Of a DNA stretch of 35,653 nt, positions 24,683 through 35,653 are shown piece after piece. Positions within the stretch are counted from its first letter, which is position 1; each line of letters starts with the position of its first letter. The position numbers were made by a program, and so were the translations under genes. Origin of the DNA: Octopus bimaculoides (Eukaryota); contig NC_068996.1 of the NCBI RefSeq assembly GCF_001194135.2, positions 51,033,897 to 51,069,549 on the forward strand. The letters are read 5' to 3'. Below the pieces are notes generated by a model. It saw only the letters and a program-made list of their open reading frames with translations. It did not search any database and had not been told where the DNA came from.

Positions 24683-24937
24683 CAGTGGTTCTCAACCATT
24701 TTTTTCTTATGGATCTCTTGAATTCGTATTTTGCTCTGGTAGACATCCATATCCATTTGATGTTTAAAAAAAAGTCCTATTATACTTTTATAATTAAATA
24801 TTATTTCGAATTGTATAAAACTGTATGAAATTGTTAAAATATTTTTGTTTATTATAGAAGCATGACCAATTTAGTGCAAATAAATTTCTAACAAACAAAA
24901 TCTTATATGGACTGCCAAAAATCCCCCCCCCCCACTT
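24683..24937. mobile_element. hAT-type MITE (family H1) with eroded right TIR
   Basis: Starts CAGTGGTTCTCAACC and is flanked by the exact 8-bp duplication CATTAGAG (24675-24682 and 24938-24945). Confidence 0.8.
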
Positions 24938-25144
24938 CATTAGAGGGTGGAAATTACTGAGGTATCAAATTGTTGTACCGGATCATGAAAATTATAGAAA
25001 GAGTTATTGCAAAAAGTGTTTAGGAACAGGATTATCCTGGGATGGGACGCAGTTTGTTTTGTACCAAGAAAAGTACTGATATCATTGTCCCAATGAGGTA
25101 GATGCAAGAGAAATACTTAGCTGGAAAATAAATCTGTATACCCT

Positions 25145-25541
25145 CTCTTTTACTCTTTTACTTGTTTCAGTCATTTGACTGCAGCCATGCTGGAGCACGG
25201 CCTTCAATCGAGCAAATCGACCCCAGGACTTATTCTTTGTCAGCCTAGTACTTATTTTATTGGTCTCTTTTGCTGAACCGCTAATGTTACGGGGACATAA
25301 ACACACCAGCATCGGTTGTCAAGCGATGTTGGTGGGGGGGACAAACACATACACACACACATATATATACATATATACAATGGGCTTCTTCCAGTTTCCG
25401 TCTACCAAATCCACTCACAAGGCTTTGGTTGGCTCGAGGCTATAGTAGAAGACACTTGCCCAAGGTGCCACACAGTGGGAATGAACCCAGAACCATGTAG
25501 TTGGTAAGCAAACTACTTACCACACAGCCACTCCTGTGCCT
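25145..25541 (-). mobile_element. SINE family A, best-preserved copy (tRNA-derived head, CORE-like segment, AAAAGAGT tail)
   Basis: The minus strand begins GGCACAGGAGTGGCTGTGTGG (A-box-like) and GGTTCATTCCC (B-box-like), then GGCACCTTGGGCAAGTGTC (similar to the MIR CORE gtgaccttgggcaagtcac), a (TA)/(TG) linker, and a 3' end AAGTAAAAGAGTAAAAGAG. Confidence 0.85.
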
Positions 25542-26889
25542 ATATCTAGTATCTATATCGTGTATATCTAGTATTTGTAAACCTGAATGTAGAGGATTTG
25601 TAAAGGTGAGGAAAGCATGCTTCACTGGATGTGAGATTTCAGCATCCATGAACAACCCTGTATACAGATAACTTAAGGGCAAAAGCTGTATTAAGAGGAG
25701 TATTGGATGTAGTTTACAAGTAAGAAGACTACACTGATACAGGCATTTTGTGATGTGTATGGATGACAACAGCTGCATTAAAAAAAGTATATATTGAACA
25801 CTCAAAAGTGGATGGTACCTGTGGAAGAGGAAGGCTTGGGAAGATATGAAATGGTGAAAACAAATCTCAAGGTGCCGAATTAAAAAAGGGGGGGGGGCGG
25901 ATAAGGAACTGCAGCTTTTATGTTACATTGGTGCAAACCTTCTCTCTTGGGCAAGCATCGTAGTAAGGATGCAAACAAAGAGAGAAAGGGTTTGTTGATA
26001 ACTGGGATGCTCTTGCTGCATCACCTTTTTCTATTGCTGTACTTTCCCCCCATGCCCTCCCACCCTTTTACTATATTCACCTTTTGTTCTCCACCCTTGT
26101 GTCTATGATGCCCCAGCCCCTCTTTTCCTCCCTCCACTGTTTTACCACCTCTGCATTAACACATCTCCCTAATTGCCCCCACAGTGTGACAAGGCTGACC
26201 CTTTGAAATACAGGTACAACAGAAACAGGAAGTAAGAGTGAGAGAAAGTTGTTGTGAAAGACTACAGTAGGGTTCGCCACCATCCTCTGCCGGAGCCTCA
26301 TGGAGCTTTAGGTGTTTTTGCTCAATAAACACTCACAAAGCTTATGTCTCTTGTAATTAAAATTATTTTAATAAATCTAAGAAATGTGAATGTATATTAG
26401 GTAGGTTAGGATTAAAATATTTATTGCAAAGGATGTTAAACTAGGAAAAAGAAGCAATTATGCACTGAAGGGCAAAAACAATGTTAGTCAGTGTGATCTC
26501 AGCAAGTGTATGGGAGGCAACTGTGAATGTTTTGTTCTTTTTATGACCTCATCAGCTGAGAATAGGCTTCACTCTACTCGGAGTAATAATGAGAAAATCA
26601 TTAAATATATTTAAATATGTTTATCCATGACTCATGTTGAGAACAATTGTTAGTTATTTAAACTTCCATGTATATCATGGTACTGCCTATTATTTAACAG
26701 TGCTTTTGCGTTGAATAGTAGCTGGTATCATAGGGTACATGAACGTTCAGATGAGTAACAATCACTAAGCAATTGTATAATATTGTACACAGGTCTTGTT
26801 ATATGGAATTGTTTAGAGAAGAAATAACTAAGATACAATCTGCATGAATGACTATAATTTAATTAGAATTAACTTTCAACTGCTCCTTT

Positions 26890-27062
26890 CTACGCTGTCA
26901 AATCCAATGCTTAATTATTCATATTATTTTGAATTAGTCATGCATTATCTCATAGCTTTAAGATTTTAAATACTGCTTATTGTTAAAATGACATTGCAGT
27001 GGAGGTGTGAGAGGCCAGATCTGGTTGGTTTGAACATAAACCAGGTAGAATATTAGGGTAAC
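26890..27062. mobile_element. Family P2 MITE interior lacking clear TIRs
   Basis: catgcattatctcatagcttt.agatttt...gacattg.ag..gaggtgtgagaggccagatctgg.tggtttgaacataaa.caggtagaatatt, same orientation as 12893-13099. Confidence 0.6.
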
Positions 27063-28333
27063 TTATGGCTATTTTAAATGGCTAAAGAATTGATTATTGT
27101 TAACTTGAAATAATTAGGCAAATATTGGGGCAAAATGACAGGAGAGACTACATAGAAGTGGGCTGAGCAATAGACAAGCACTGAAGTCTCTGAAATAGAA
27201 TGAAAAATTCTATGATTGCCTGGTGAAGAAATATCAAGAGAATAAACAAAGCACATTTTTGTAAATGTATGTCAGTACACTTGAATAACCAAAGATACTT
27301 CTCTTACTTAGATTATTTTGGAAGCAAAGCTGGACAGAAAAGAGTTGAGGGTAACAATACCAAAGTATAAAGTTGGTAAAGGCCAGTGGTGGAATGGATA
27401 AGCTGCTAAATTTAATAACCTCGAGGTGGTTGGTTCAACCTCTATTACTATTATTCTTTTCTAAAACAAGACTTTGTCTTGAGCAAAAAAAAAAAAAAAA
27501 GTCATAGAATAGAGAAATATATATTCTTATACGTGTGTGTGATTGATACTGAATGACAATGAAAAGATAAAGATAGATTTCAGAAACCATATTTCGCTAC
27601 TTTGTCAGGGATAAAGAGAATTTATCAAATTATCTTTATCAATTTTTGCGAGAATGAAGCAGAATGACAATAAATATGTATTTATATTTTGCAGGGCAGC
27701 TGTGTTTATGCTCTTGTATATTTTCTTACATTAGTATTCAGTTTTGATTTTTTTTATCACGACCATTCCATGATTTTGGAATATCTTCCTTCATTTGCAA
27801 CATACAGTCTAGTTCAGTTAACATTGTCAAATATCACATCAAACAAACTGTTATTCTGAGATTTCAAACTCTTCATGTCTCAGAATCAATCTTCTCAATT
27901 ATTATTCTTTGATATACTAAATTCTGATTCATTCTCACTTCATCATACTACCATCAAACCTTTCCTTAAGTGATTCTAGTACCCCATCAGTATTATTCTA
28001 TCATATACTTATTTATTTATTCATTCATTCATAAAATCATTTTCCTGCCAGATAAAATGGCTGAATTCATTATTTCTAGAAGCAAACATTAAATGTTCCT
28101 ACTTCAAAATAAATAAAAAATACAAAAGAAAAAATAGAGCAAAAGCAACAAGGATTCTTTGAATATATGAAATGCAAAGTTTCGATGATTCCAACTGTCA
28201 GTGGAATCTGATTTTTCAATCACAATATAATGATTGGTAACAACTTTACTTAAAGTTCTATTCAATTAAAATGTTTCTTATTGAGATTTCTGCTAAATTA
28301 GTCATTAATACTGTCATTGTTATATAATTCAAT

Positions 28334-28503
28334 TTAACCCTTTATCATTTAAACTGGCCAGATCCAACATCTCACACCTACCCTACAATGTCATTTTAAA
28401 AATAATAATCACACCTTCAAAATCTCAAAGCTATGAGATAATGCATGATTAATTAAAAACAATATGAATAGATAAGCATTAGATTTGGCTGCTAAAGGGT
28501 TAA
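28334..28503. mobile_element. piggyBac-type MITE (family P2), inverted relative to 12893, 16281 and 26890
   Basis: TTAA-CCCTTTATCA...GCTAAAGGG-TTAA. Confidence 0.8.
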
Positions 28504-29239
28504 GTGTATATTTCTAATTTAAGTAAAGAAATTCATGTAATTACTTGAAATTCTCTCCTTTTCAGCTACATTTGTTTTTAGTAATCTGTTTAGTGTCAGA
28601 AATTATATTTAAGAAATAAATACTTCTCTCAAAGCTCACCATATCATTTAATCCCTTGAGTGGTATGACTGTTTAGATTTAAAACTGGAGAACCGGTATA
28701 CTTCGTTCCCTGCTGTCACTGGGTGATACTTGAATCTGCTTGTTTTCAATGTACCTACCTGGAGTTGAGAATAGTTGTTGCTGAGATCTGCTGGGGGAAT
28801 TCTCAGTCATTAACTTACAAACCTACACTGGTATCATATCAGACCCTTGAGTTTTAGGTTAAGAGATACATACTGTGAATAGTTTAACATTACTTGACTG
28901 TAGGGAAATAATTACATAGGTCTCCAAGGAAAGTTGGTTGTGATTGACTTATAATCCTATCCAAGAGGAGATTTAGCTATCATCTGCTTAATGTTTTAGA
29001 AGCCAGACACATTCCTTTACTCTAAGGACCCTGTTCCTACCATATGCATCCTATTCCCAACTAATTTTTAAGTTTAATCAATTTTAATCTAATTTTGATT
29101 AATTTTAATCCAATAAATTCTTTGTTTCGATCAATGGCGTTACAAGAGGTCCTGGAAATAATTTCTGTTTTGTTTCTAATTATTTTTGAAACACTGTTTA
29201 GAATATGGAGTTTATTATTAGAAGTATTAGATTGTATAT

Positions 29240-31180
29240 TATTGAGCAAGGATGTTGTCTTGAGGTTTGGTGACAAGTCTTCTCAAATTTCAAGAATCTT
29301 TTTTAGGATTCATGCAGAATACAAGATGGCAATTTTCTGTAGGTTAGCAATGCACATTTCATTTCCAGTTTCTCTGTCTCTTAGGTAGCAGTTTGGGTGT
29401 TGTTCCAAAAGTGTCAGTTGCCACAGAACTGTCATCTTAGTCTACCACAGTTTCCTCAACTCTCTGGCTAAGTCCCAATATTTCTCAATTTTTGCAATTT
29501 CTTCAGTATCCACTCTATCCTCACATGGTATTGCAAAGCTTATGAGCTTACACTATTTGTTTCTTTTATCCACCATAATCAAATCTGTTTTTCTTGTTTC
29601 AGTAGAAGGGGCAGTCTTTCTGGGGAAGTCCCATGAAATTTTGTACTTTTTATTCTCTATCACAGCCTTTGGTTCATGTTCATACCACTTTTCTGCTATT
29701 TTGAAGCCACACATTTGGTTAACATCCCAATACTGTCTTTTACCTATGCAGTCATGCTTATGCTTATACTCTTTTTGTGCTAGCTTACTGCATTCACTCA
29801 AGAGATGATTAATACTTTTGTCTCCTTTCTCACAGATTCTGCATTTACTCTCTCACTGAATTTAATCAATCTTTGTCTTTATCAAATTCATCCTAATAAC
29901 TTGTTCCTGAGCAACTATAAATAGCAATTCAATTTCTTGTTTCAGGTTTCTGTCCATCAGCCACAACCAGGGTTCTTTACTTTCAATATCCTCAATTTGT
30001 TGCATGAATTGGTCATAAAATTCCTTCTCTTTCCAGCTACTTCTTTTACCATTTGATCTTGAATTCTCCTACTGTTTCAGTAACTTTTTGAACATTTTTA
30101 GCCACTGATAGTATTCTTTCTCCATTATGTACAACAGTTTTTCAAATCCAATATTGCAGTAATAATAATCTTCAGCCTTCTTTTTTTGGTAGGGAGAGTT
30201 GAGTCGGTATTCCTTATAGGGTGGTATATGTTGTGCATTGTGTGCGTCTTCCTAGTTCTATCTGATTCCTGTAGCTCTGTCTTGGGCCATTTAAAAAAAA
30301 TAGACCAGATTATCCTAATATGGTTATGGTTTGTGTATTCGTTACTTTGATTATATTCCATTTAATCTTATTTCAAGCACCTTCCTGATTTTTCTCTTGT
30401 ATTTTTTTGGAAGTTTTTCTCTTTCATTTTCCTATCATCTTGCAGCACCCCTAGGCATCCCTCATTATTTCTCAACAATCTAACATCTTGTGATAATTTT
30501 ATGTCAGCAGAGTTTGGCTTCTCTTCATAATTAACTTGTTTTTACCCAAAACTGCATCTCAATATCCTTGCTAAATACTCCGTTTGGATTGGGGAATATA
30601 GTCTTTTTCACTTTTTATATATAGGCTTGAGGTCATCCATATAAAGCAAGGGATTCATTTTCACCTGCTTTTTATGGATAACTCATAGGTAAGCCTGGAT
30701 TATTTCAGAATGCTTGTTGGAGGGATTAGCACAATGAGGGAAAAGTAAAGGGGAGAAAGAGTCTTCCTGGAATATCCTGCTGCGTATCATCACATTTCCT
30801 AACGAGTCATTTGCTCATGTTACTTCTACTTCTCACACTCTCGTTGCTTTTTTCTAAAAGCTGTTTGTCCTCTCATCGGTTCCAAGCATCCCTCAAGTAC
30901 TCCAAGAACCCATTGTAGAACATTGTCGTAGGCTATCTTGTAATCTATCCAGCCAATAGCTAAACTCTTCTTTCTTACTTGTGCCTCATTTAGTATCATG
31001 GTATTAACAACACAGAAGACTAGCAGTTCCCCATTATTTTGTTCTGCTTCTGGAGAAGGGATTTACACTCACAAAGAAGACTGTGCTGACGAGATGTCCT
31101 AACCATCAGTGTTTTTATTGAGACACCATATCTAGGAGTCTGTTACTTGGCTGTTACATTAGCATATCTGGTGATAATTC
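29240..31180 (-). mobile_element. Decayed R4/Dong-type non-LTR retrotransposon (RT, CCHC zinc knuckle, restriction-like endonuclease)
   Basis: Minus-strand motifs in the expected order: WIDYKIAYDNV (30919-30951), IRSRIFQEDSFSPLLF (about 30742-30788), LLYMDDLK (YMDD 30632-30643), CRICEKGDKSINHLLSECSKLAQKEY (from 29843), KWYEHEP...WDF...RKTDLIMVDK, EKYWDLARELRKLW, LQKIAILYSA*ILKKILEI* (stop 29283-29285). Multiple stops and frameshifts. Confidence 0.9.
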
Positions 31181-31980
31181 TTTGTTTTTGTTTTTTAGTT
31201 CAAATTCTACCAAAGCCAGCTTTGCCTTTCATCCTTTCAGTGTTTGGGTTGTAATCAACTTTACCCCTCCCACAAATTTCAAGCCTTTTGCCCTTATTAG
31301 AAACTATTTATTATTGTTGCTGGTGGCAACGGTAGCAGCAGTGATGATGAATTATAATCGTCATCACTGCTGTTGAGAGTAAGAGCAGTGAAGTGCGATA
31401 AGTGGTAGAGTGCCAGACCAGATGTTACAATATTTACTTTTGTCTCTTAATGTTCATACTTCAAATCTCACCGGAGAAGGTTTTTATTTTTCCCCTGGTC
31501 CCTCCAGGGGCAGTAATATAAATATCTGTAATACACACTATCATTGATGCATTTGACTACATCTTGCTTAAGAAAAACATACGTGGCATTGTGCTTGTGG
31601 CAGAAATTTTTAATTTTGTTGATCAGTATCACTGGTTTTGTTTATTGATTCAAGAATATTTATAGAATAAAAACACTGCACCACAATATTGGTGTATATG
31701 CGTGAAAAATCTCACTCAGCATTTTAAAATATAACAAACCTAAAAGCTAATATGAGAAAGACCGTTTAGGAAATATTGATTTCTTTTGACAGGGTTCCCA
31801 GGAATATTATTGTGTGTTCTTCTGTGTCTGTCTGTCCGATCTAGCATTGGTCGGATGGGTCTGCAGTACAGTGTATTGTCACAAATTTCTAATCGGTGAG
31901 CGATATACTGTGCCATTTTGTCTGTCAGGCCCAATATTTTGATCTAACCTCACCACCACCCTGTCTTTTTGGTGTGTGTG

Positions 31981-32013
<33 letters not shown>

Positions 32014-32369
32014 ACACGCACACACACTAATTAGTTGAATGACTTTTTTTCCCCAGGTAATACTTGGGTTTAACTGTATGGATCAAGTACAAAATAACTT
32101 GAGGTCATGCAGGAATTGAAACCTGAGTCCAAAATATAGTGATAGTTTTTTTTACTCTGTTTCCATCAACACTACAACCCGGGGACATTTTCAGTTTCTT
32201 TTTCTTTATTTTCTCCCTTGGAAAGTCTTTACATATTTATTGCAATTGCCTCACAATAAAGATGTGAAGTTTAGAACATTGATTAAATATTTTATTGGTT
32301 TGTACCAGAACGTTGGTTTAACTGAAGGTACATATTGATTGATTGATACTTGTTTGAGTAGCAGTACTG

Positions 32370-32583
32370 GATATTAATAGTTATGGCCAAGCTAACATGG
32401 CAGTCCCAAAAATAGGAGAGGTCAGCCACTTCCCCTTGCTGGTCTGGCATCTACAGACTAGTTTCAGGGTGTTGCCCCTTACATTGATAAGCTAGAGGTG
32501 ATGGCCTCTTGGGAGCTAATCAATGGCAGCATTCGTCCTATTTTTTGGACTGCCATGTTGGATTGGCAATAACTATTAATATC
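32370..32583. repeat. Fold-back / MITE-like element with 48-bp imperfect inverted repeats
   Basis: 32370-32417 matches the reverse complement of 32536-32583 at 44/48 positions, with a 118-nt spacer. Confidence 0.85.
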
Positions 32584-33319
32584 TGTATTAAGTATCTTCA
32601 ATATGATCAAAACCAGTAGTTCCCAAAGTGGGTGGTATTGCCCCTCTGGGAGTGGCGGAAAGTGCCAAGGAAGTGTCAAAGAAAATTGGGTCGATAATGG
32701 GGTAGTGATTCATGTAAAAGCAACAAAATAATGGGTTCATTAGTTTAAGTTTTAATTGTGAAATACAGTTACCTTGAATTTACTTCAGAAAGAGGTCTAT
32801 GTTTGTGATGGTTAGTTGGGGTGGGGGGTGTTAGGAATGTGTTTCACCTGGATTGAAAAGGGAAACTGAACAACCACCTACCGTAAACTTGATCTCTGTA
32901 CTGTAGTTGTTTATTGGTTTGAAATGCCACATTATATCAGCAAGGAACTGAGCCACTGTGATCTTAGTATCATGATGGACACAGAGTTAGTGAGAAACCC
33001 TGTTAACCCCAAAATGGTTGTGCTGTATATTCTATTGAATTTAGCCATCTGTATTATCTCCCTTCTGTAATTATATTTATCTTACAGTGTGAATACATAA
33101 GCATTGTGTTTGGCAGGAATCTGACTGCTAAAGGGTTAAGTAATAAATAAAAAGGTATACTGATGTTAGAATTAACTGTTGGTATAAGAAATAGGGCAGT
33201 GATGAATGGAGATTATTGGGCAAGTTATTGGTAATGGGTATAATTCATGTGCATTCAACTATCATAAAATGGCACATCATTAAAAATCCCTTTAAAAAAA
33301 AAAATCTACTAATTAAAAA

Positions 33320-33631
33320 CAGGGCTGTGGAGTCGGAGTTGGAAACTATTAAGGAGTAGCTGGAGTTAGTAAAATTATGCCGACTCCGACATCTTTATTC
33401 TTTAATATAAACCAAGTTATAAGATATAGGCCTACTCAAAGTACAAGTGTATGTATATGCTTTATGAGATATGTAGACCACAATCATTTAATTACATAAA
33501 GAGGAGTCAGAGTCGGGGGTACTAATAGTAGAGGAGTCCGAGTCGGGGGTGCCAATAGTAGAGGAGTCAGTCGGGGGTGAAAATAGTAAGGAGTCGGAGT
33601 TGAAGTTTCTTTTTTCAACTCCACAGCCCTG
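33320..33631. mobile_element. hAT-type MITE (family H2) with GGAGTC subterminal repeats
   Basis: TIRs CAGGGCTGTGGAGTCG / CAACTCCACAGCCCTG (14 bp exact). Perfect 8-bp TSD ATTAAAAA (33312-33319 and 33632-33639). Internal about 30-bp repeat x3 at 33501-33588. Confidence 0.9.
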
Positions 33632-33950
33632 ATTAAAAATAAATATTTTGGTTTAAGCTTAGCTAACTATAATTATTATGTTGAGGTTGACTTAGCCTTT
33701 CATGCATTCTTGGTTGATGAAATAAGTACCAGTTACACACTGGGGTCAATGTAATCAACTTACACCCTCCCTCAATGAAAATTTCAGGCCTTGTACCTAG
33801 AGTAGAAAAGATTATTATTCTGTCTTATCACCATGATTGTTGATTATCCAGCTAATCTATTAATAATCATTAATTGGTATTGATGATTGAAGGCGCTCTG
33901 AATAAAGACAACCCTTTTTTCCAGGTTTTAATATTTTTTCTGTGTGTTTG

Positions 33951-34150
33951 CACATGTGGTACTGAATATGATTTAATATGTGAACATGTATTTTCACATG
34001 TGGTACCAAATAAAATTGAATTTGTAAATGTACACTTTCTCGTGATATCGAACATAACTGAATATATGAATGTAGGTCTGCACATGTGGTACTGAATATA
34101 ACTGAATATATTTTAATGTATGTTTTCACATGTTGTGCTGAATATAACAG
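33951..34150. repeat. Degenerate about 44-bp minisatellite, about 5 units
   Basis: CACATGTGGTACTGAATAT-like cores start at 33951, 33995, (34039), 34081 and 34127. Confidence 0.7.
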
Positions 34151-34189
34151 TGTAAACATATCCATTTACCTTTTTTTTTTGTTACCTGG

Positions 34190-34548
34190 TTGACCTGTGG
34201 TCATGCTAGGAAAAAACTTTGAAAGGTTTAGTTGAACCAATCAACCCCAGTACTTATTCCTGAAGTCTGGCACTTATGTATAACTGCTAAGTTATGGGGA
34301 TGTAAGCAAACCAACACCAGTTCTCAAATGGTTGGGAAGGGACACACATACACACATGCACAAATACATGCATGCACACACAAAAAAACAGCAGGCTTCC
34401 ACACAATTTCCATCTACCAAATTCACTTAAAAAGCATTGGTCAGCCCAGGGCAATAGTAAAAGATACTTGCCCGTGCTGTGATGTGGGACTGAACTCAAA
34501 ACCACATGGTTGCTAAGTGAGCTTCTTAACCATGCAGCCATGCCTGTA
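34190..34548 (-). mobile_element. SINE family A, near full length and diverged
   Basis: Collinear with 25145-25541. Confidence 0.7.
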
Positions 34549-34984
34549 CTTTTGTATGAATAAAAGAGAAACGTGAGATGTTTTTTCATTTGAACTTTTG
34601 TCTTTTATGAATCTTTGTCTGCGTATGCACCACGGAATATGATGTGTGCACGTGTGATAAACTTATTTTTGTTTTTCATAATTAATTAATATAAAACCAA
34701 CATTTTTGAGTTCCTTTTAATTGAAAATAGATTTAATAATTAAAATGTTTGTTTCATACAGGTTTACCAAATTTACATCTATTAATTTTTCATTTATTTA
34801 CTTTATTTTCTCTCTTTATAATTTTACATTTGAACTATCGGTGAAAAGTTATAATTTTTTTTTTTTTAAATGTATCCCTAAACTGTTATAATAAACTCTA
34901 ACACCAGCAAACAGACCTGTCACAGGAAATAAAAAAATATAAAGAAATAGTTCAAATTCTCTTGTAGAATATTTTTATTTACAA

Positions 34985-35249
34985 CAGCTCCTGTGCCAGT
35001 AGCACATAAAAAGCACCATCCAAATGTGGCTGATGCCAGGCCCTCCTGACTGGCTCCTGTGCCGGTGGCATGTAAAAAGCATCCACTACACTCTCGGAGT
35101 GGTTGGCGTTAGGAAGGGCATCCAGCTGTAGAAACTTTGCCAGATCAGATTGGAGCCTGGTGCAGCCTCCTGGCTTGTCAGTCCTCAGTCAAACCGTCCA
35201 ACCCATGCCAGCATGGAAAATGGATGTTAAACAACAATGATGATGATGA
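34985..35249 (+). mobile_element. SINE/LINE-tail family B, + orientation
   Basis: Internal duplication of ctcctgtgcc.gt.gca..taaaaagca, then ggttggcgttaggaagggcatccagctgtagaaac...ccaacccatgccagcatggaaaatggatgttaaac and an (ATG)n tail. Confidence 0.8.
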
Positions 35250-35464
35250 GTTTAGAAAATCTGGCAAAGTATATGGCTTTATATTTCATCACTGGATGTA
35301 TAGATTATTTTACTATTTAAATTCTTTGTAAATTTATTCAAAGGTCAGCAATTGAGGAGGAAGTGGTCAAATGCATCAACCCTAGTACTTAACTGGTGCC
35401 ATATTTTATTCATCTCCAAAAGGATGAAAGGCAAAGTTGACTTCAGAACATAAGAGCCATCAGA

Positions 35465-35653
35465 AATGCTGCTGCACATTTTGGTCAATGTGTTGATAAT
35501 GCTGCTGCACATTTTGGTCAATGTGTTGATAATGCTGCCACATTTTGGTCAATGTGTTGATAATGCTGCCACATTTTGGTCAATGTGTTGATAATGCTGC
35601 CACATTTTGGTCAATGTGTTGATAATGCTGCCACATTTTGGTCAATGTGTTGC
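35465..35653. repeat. Minisatellite: 2 x 33 bp followed by about 4 x 31 bp near-identical units
   Basis: AATGCTGCTGCACATTTTGGTCAATGTGTTGAT x2, then AATGCTGCCACATTTTGGTCAATGTGTTGAT x3 plus a 30-nt unit at the window end. There are no spacers. Confidence 0.95.

Larger units (their letters stand above)
24490..25890 (+). mobile_element. Old RTE LINE fossil interrupted by a hAT MITE and a SINE
   Basis: Degenerate frames give ...NCYKGKGDALE | GGNY*GIKLL...QEKYLA (RT start) and EESMLHWM...RRLH*Y...MDDNSCIKK...VDGTCGRGR (C-terminal), the same family type as 1-354. Confidence 0.7.

Noticed and set aside
25470-25541. tRNA gene
   Set aside because: The A/B-box-like motifs belong to a multi-copy SINE head, and I could not build a complete cloverleaf.
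29061-29388. Overlapping ORFs next to the R4 element as a CEP170 C-terminal exon
   Set aside because: No recognisable motif on the + strand. The stretch is AT-rich and partly antisense to the retroelement 3' end.
32614-32868. Third hAT MITE family (CAGTAGTTCCCAAAGTGG start)
   Set aside because: The left end is hAT-like, but the right TIR is poor and there is no matching TSD, so it is not supported well enough to list.
35465-35653. CRISPR array (31-33 bp repeats with internal palindrome)
   Set aside because: The units are directly adjacent with no unique spacers, no cas genes are present, and the context is eukaryotic.

Overview
AT-rich animal genomic DNA dense in microsatellites, SINEs and MITEs. 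The repeat landscape resembles a coleoid cephalopod, probably Octopus (inferred from repeat style, not from a search). The window appears to be mostly intronic sequence of one + strand gene. Its large Ser/Lys-rich exon (6516-8098) carries four motifs in the same order as human CEP170 (recalled from memory), so it is probably a CEP170/CEP170B-like centrosomal protein gene. Phase-compatible small exons lie at 3328-3403 and 20482-20670, and possibly 18844-18915. The introns hold RTE-type LINE fragments, a decayed R4/Dong-type retrotransposon (RT, CCHC knuckle, restriction-like endonuclease), three SINE-like families, piggyBac-type (TTAA) and hAT-type (8-bp TSD) MITEs, minisatellites and a 530-N assembly gap. 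I found no convincing new multi-gene system and no CRISPR array. The items most worth checking are a perfect 62-bp-arm palindrome, a structured exon-like/pre-miRNA-like island, a stop-containing exon behind a 157-nt AG-free tract, a two-finger C2H2 cassette embedded in a SINE, and a minisatellite apparently derived from a SINE head.
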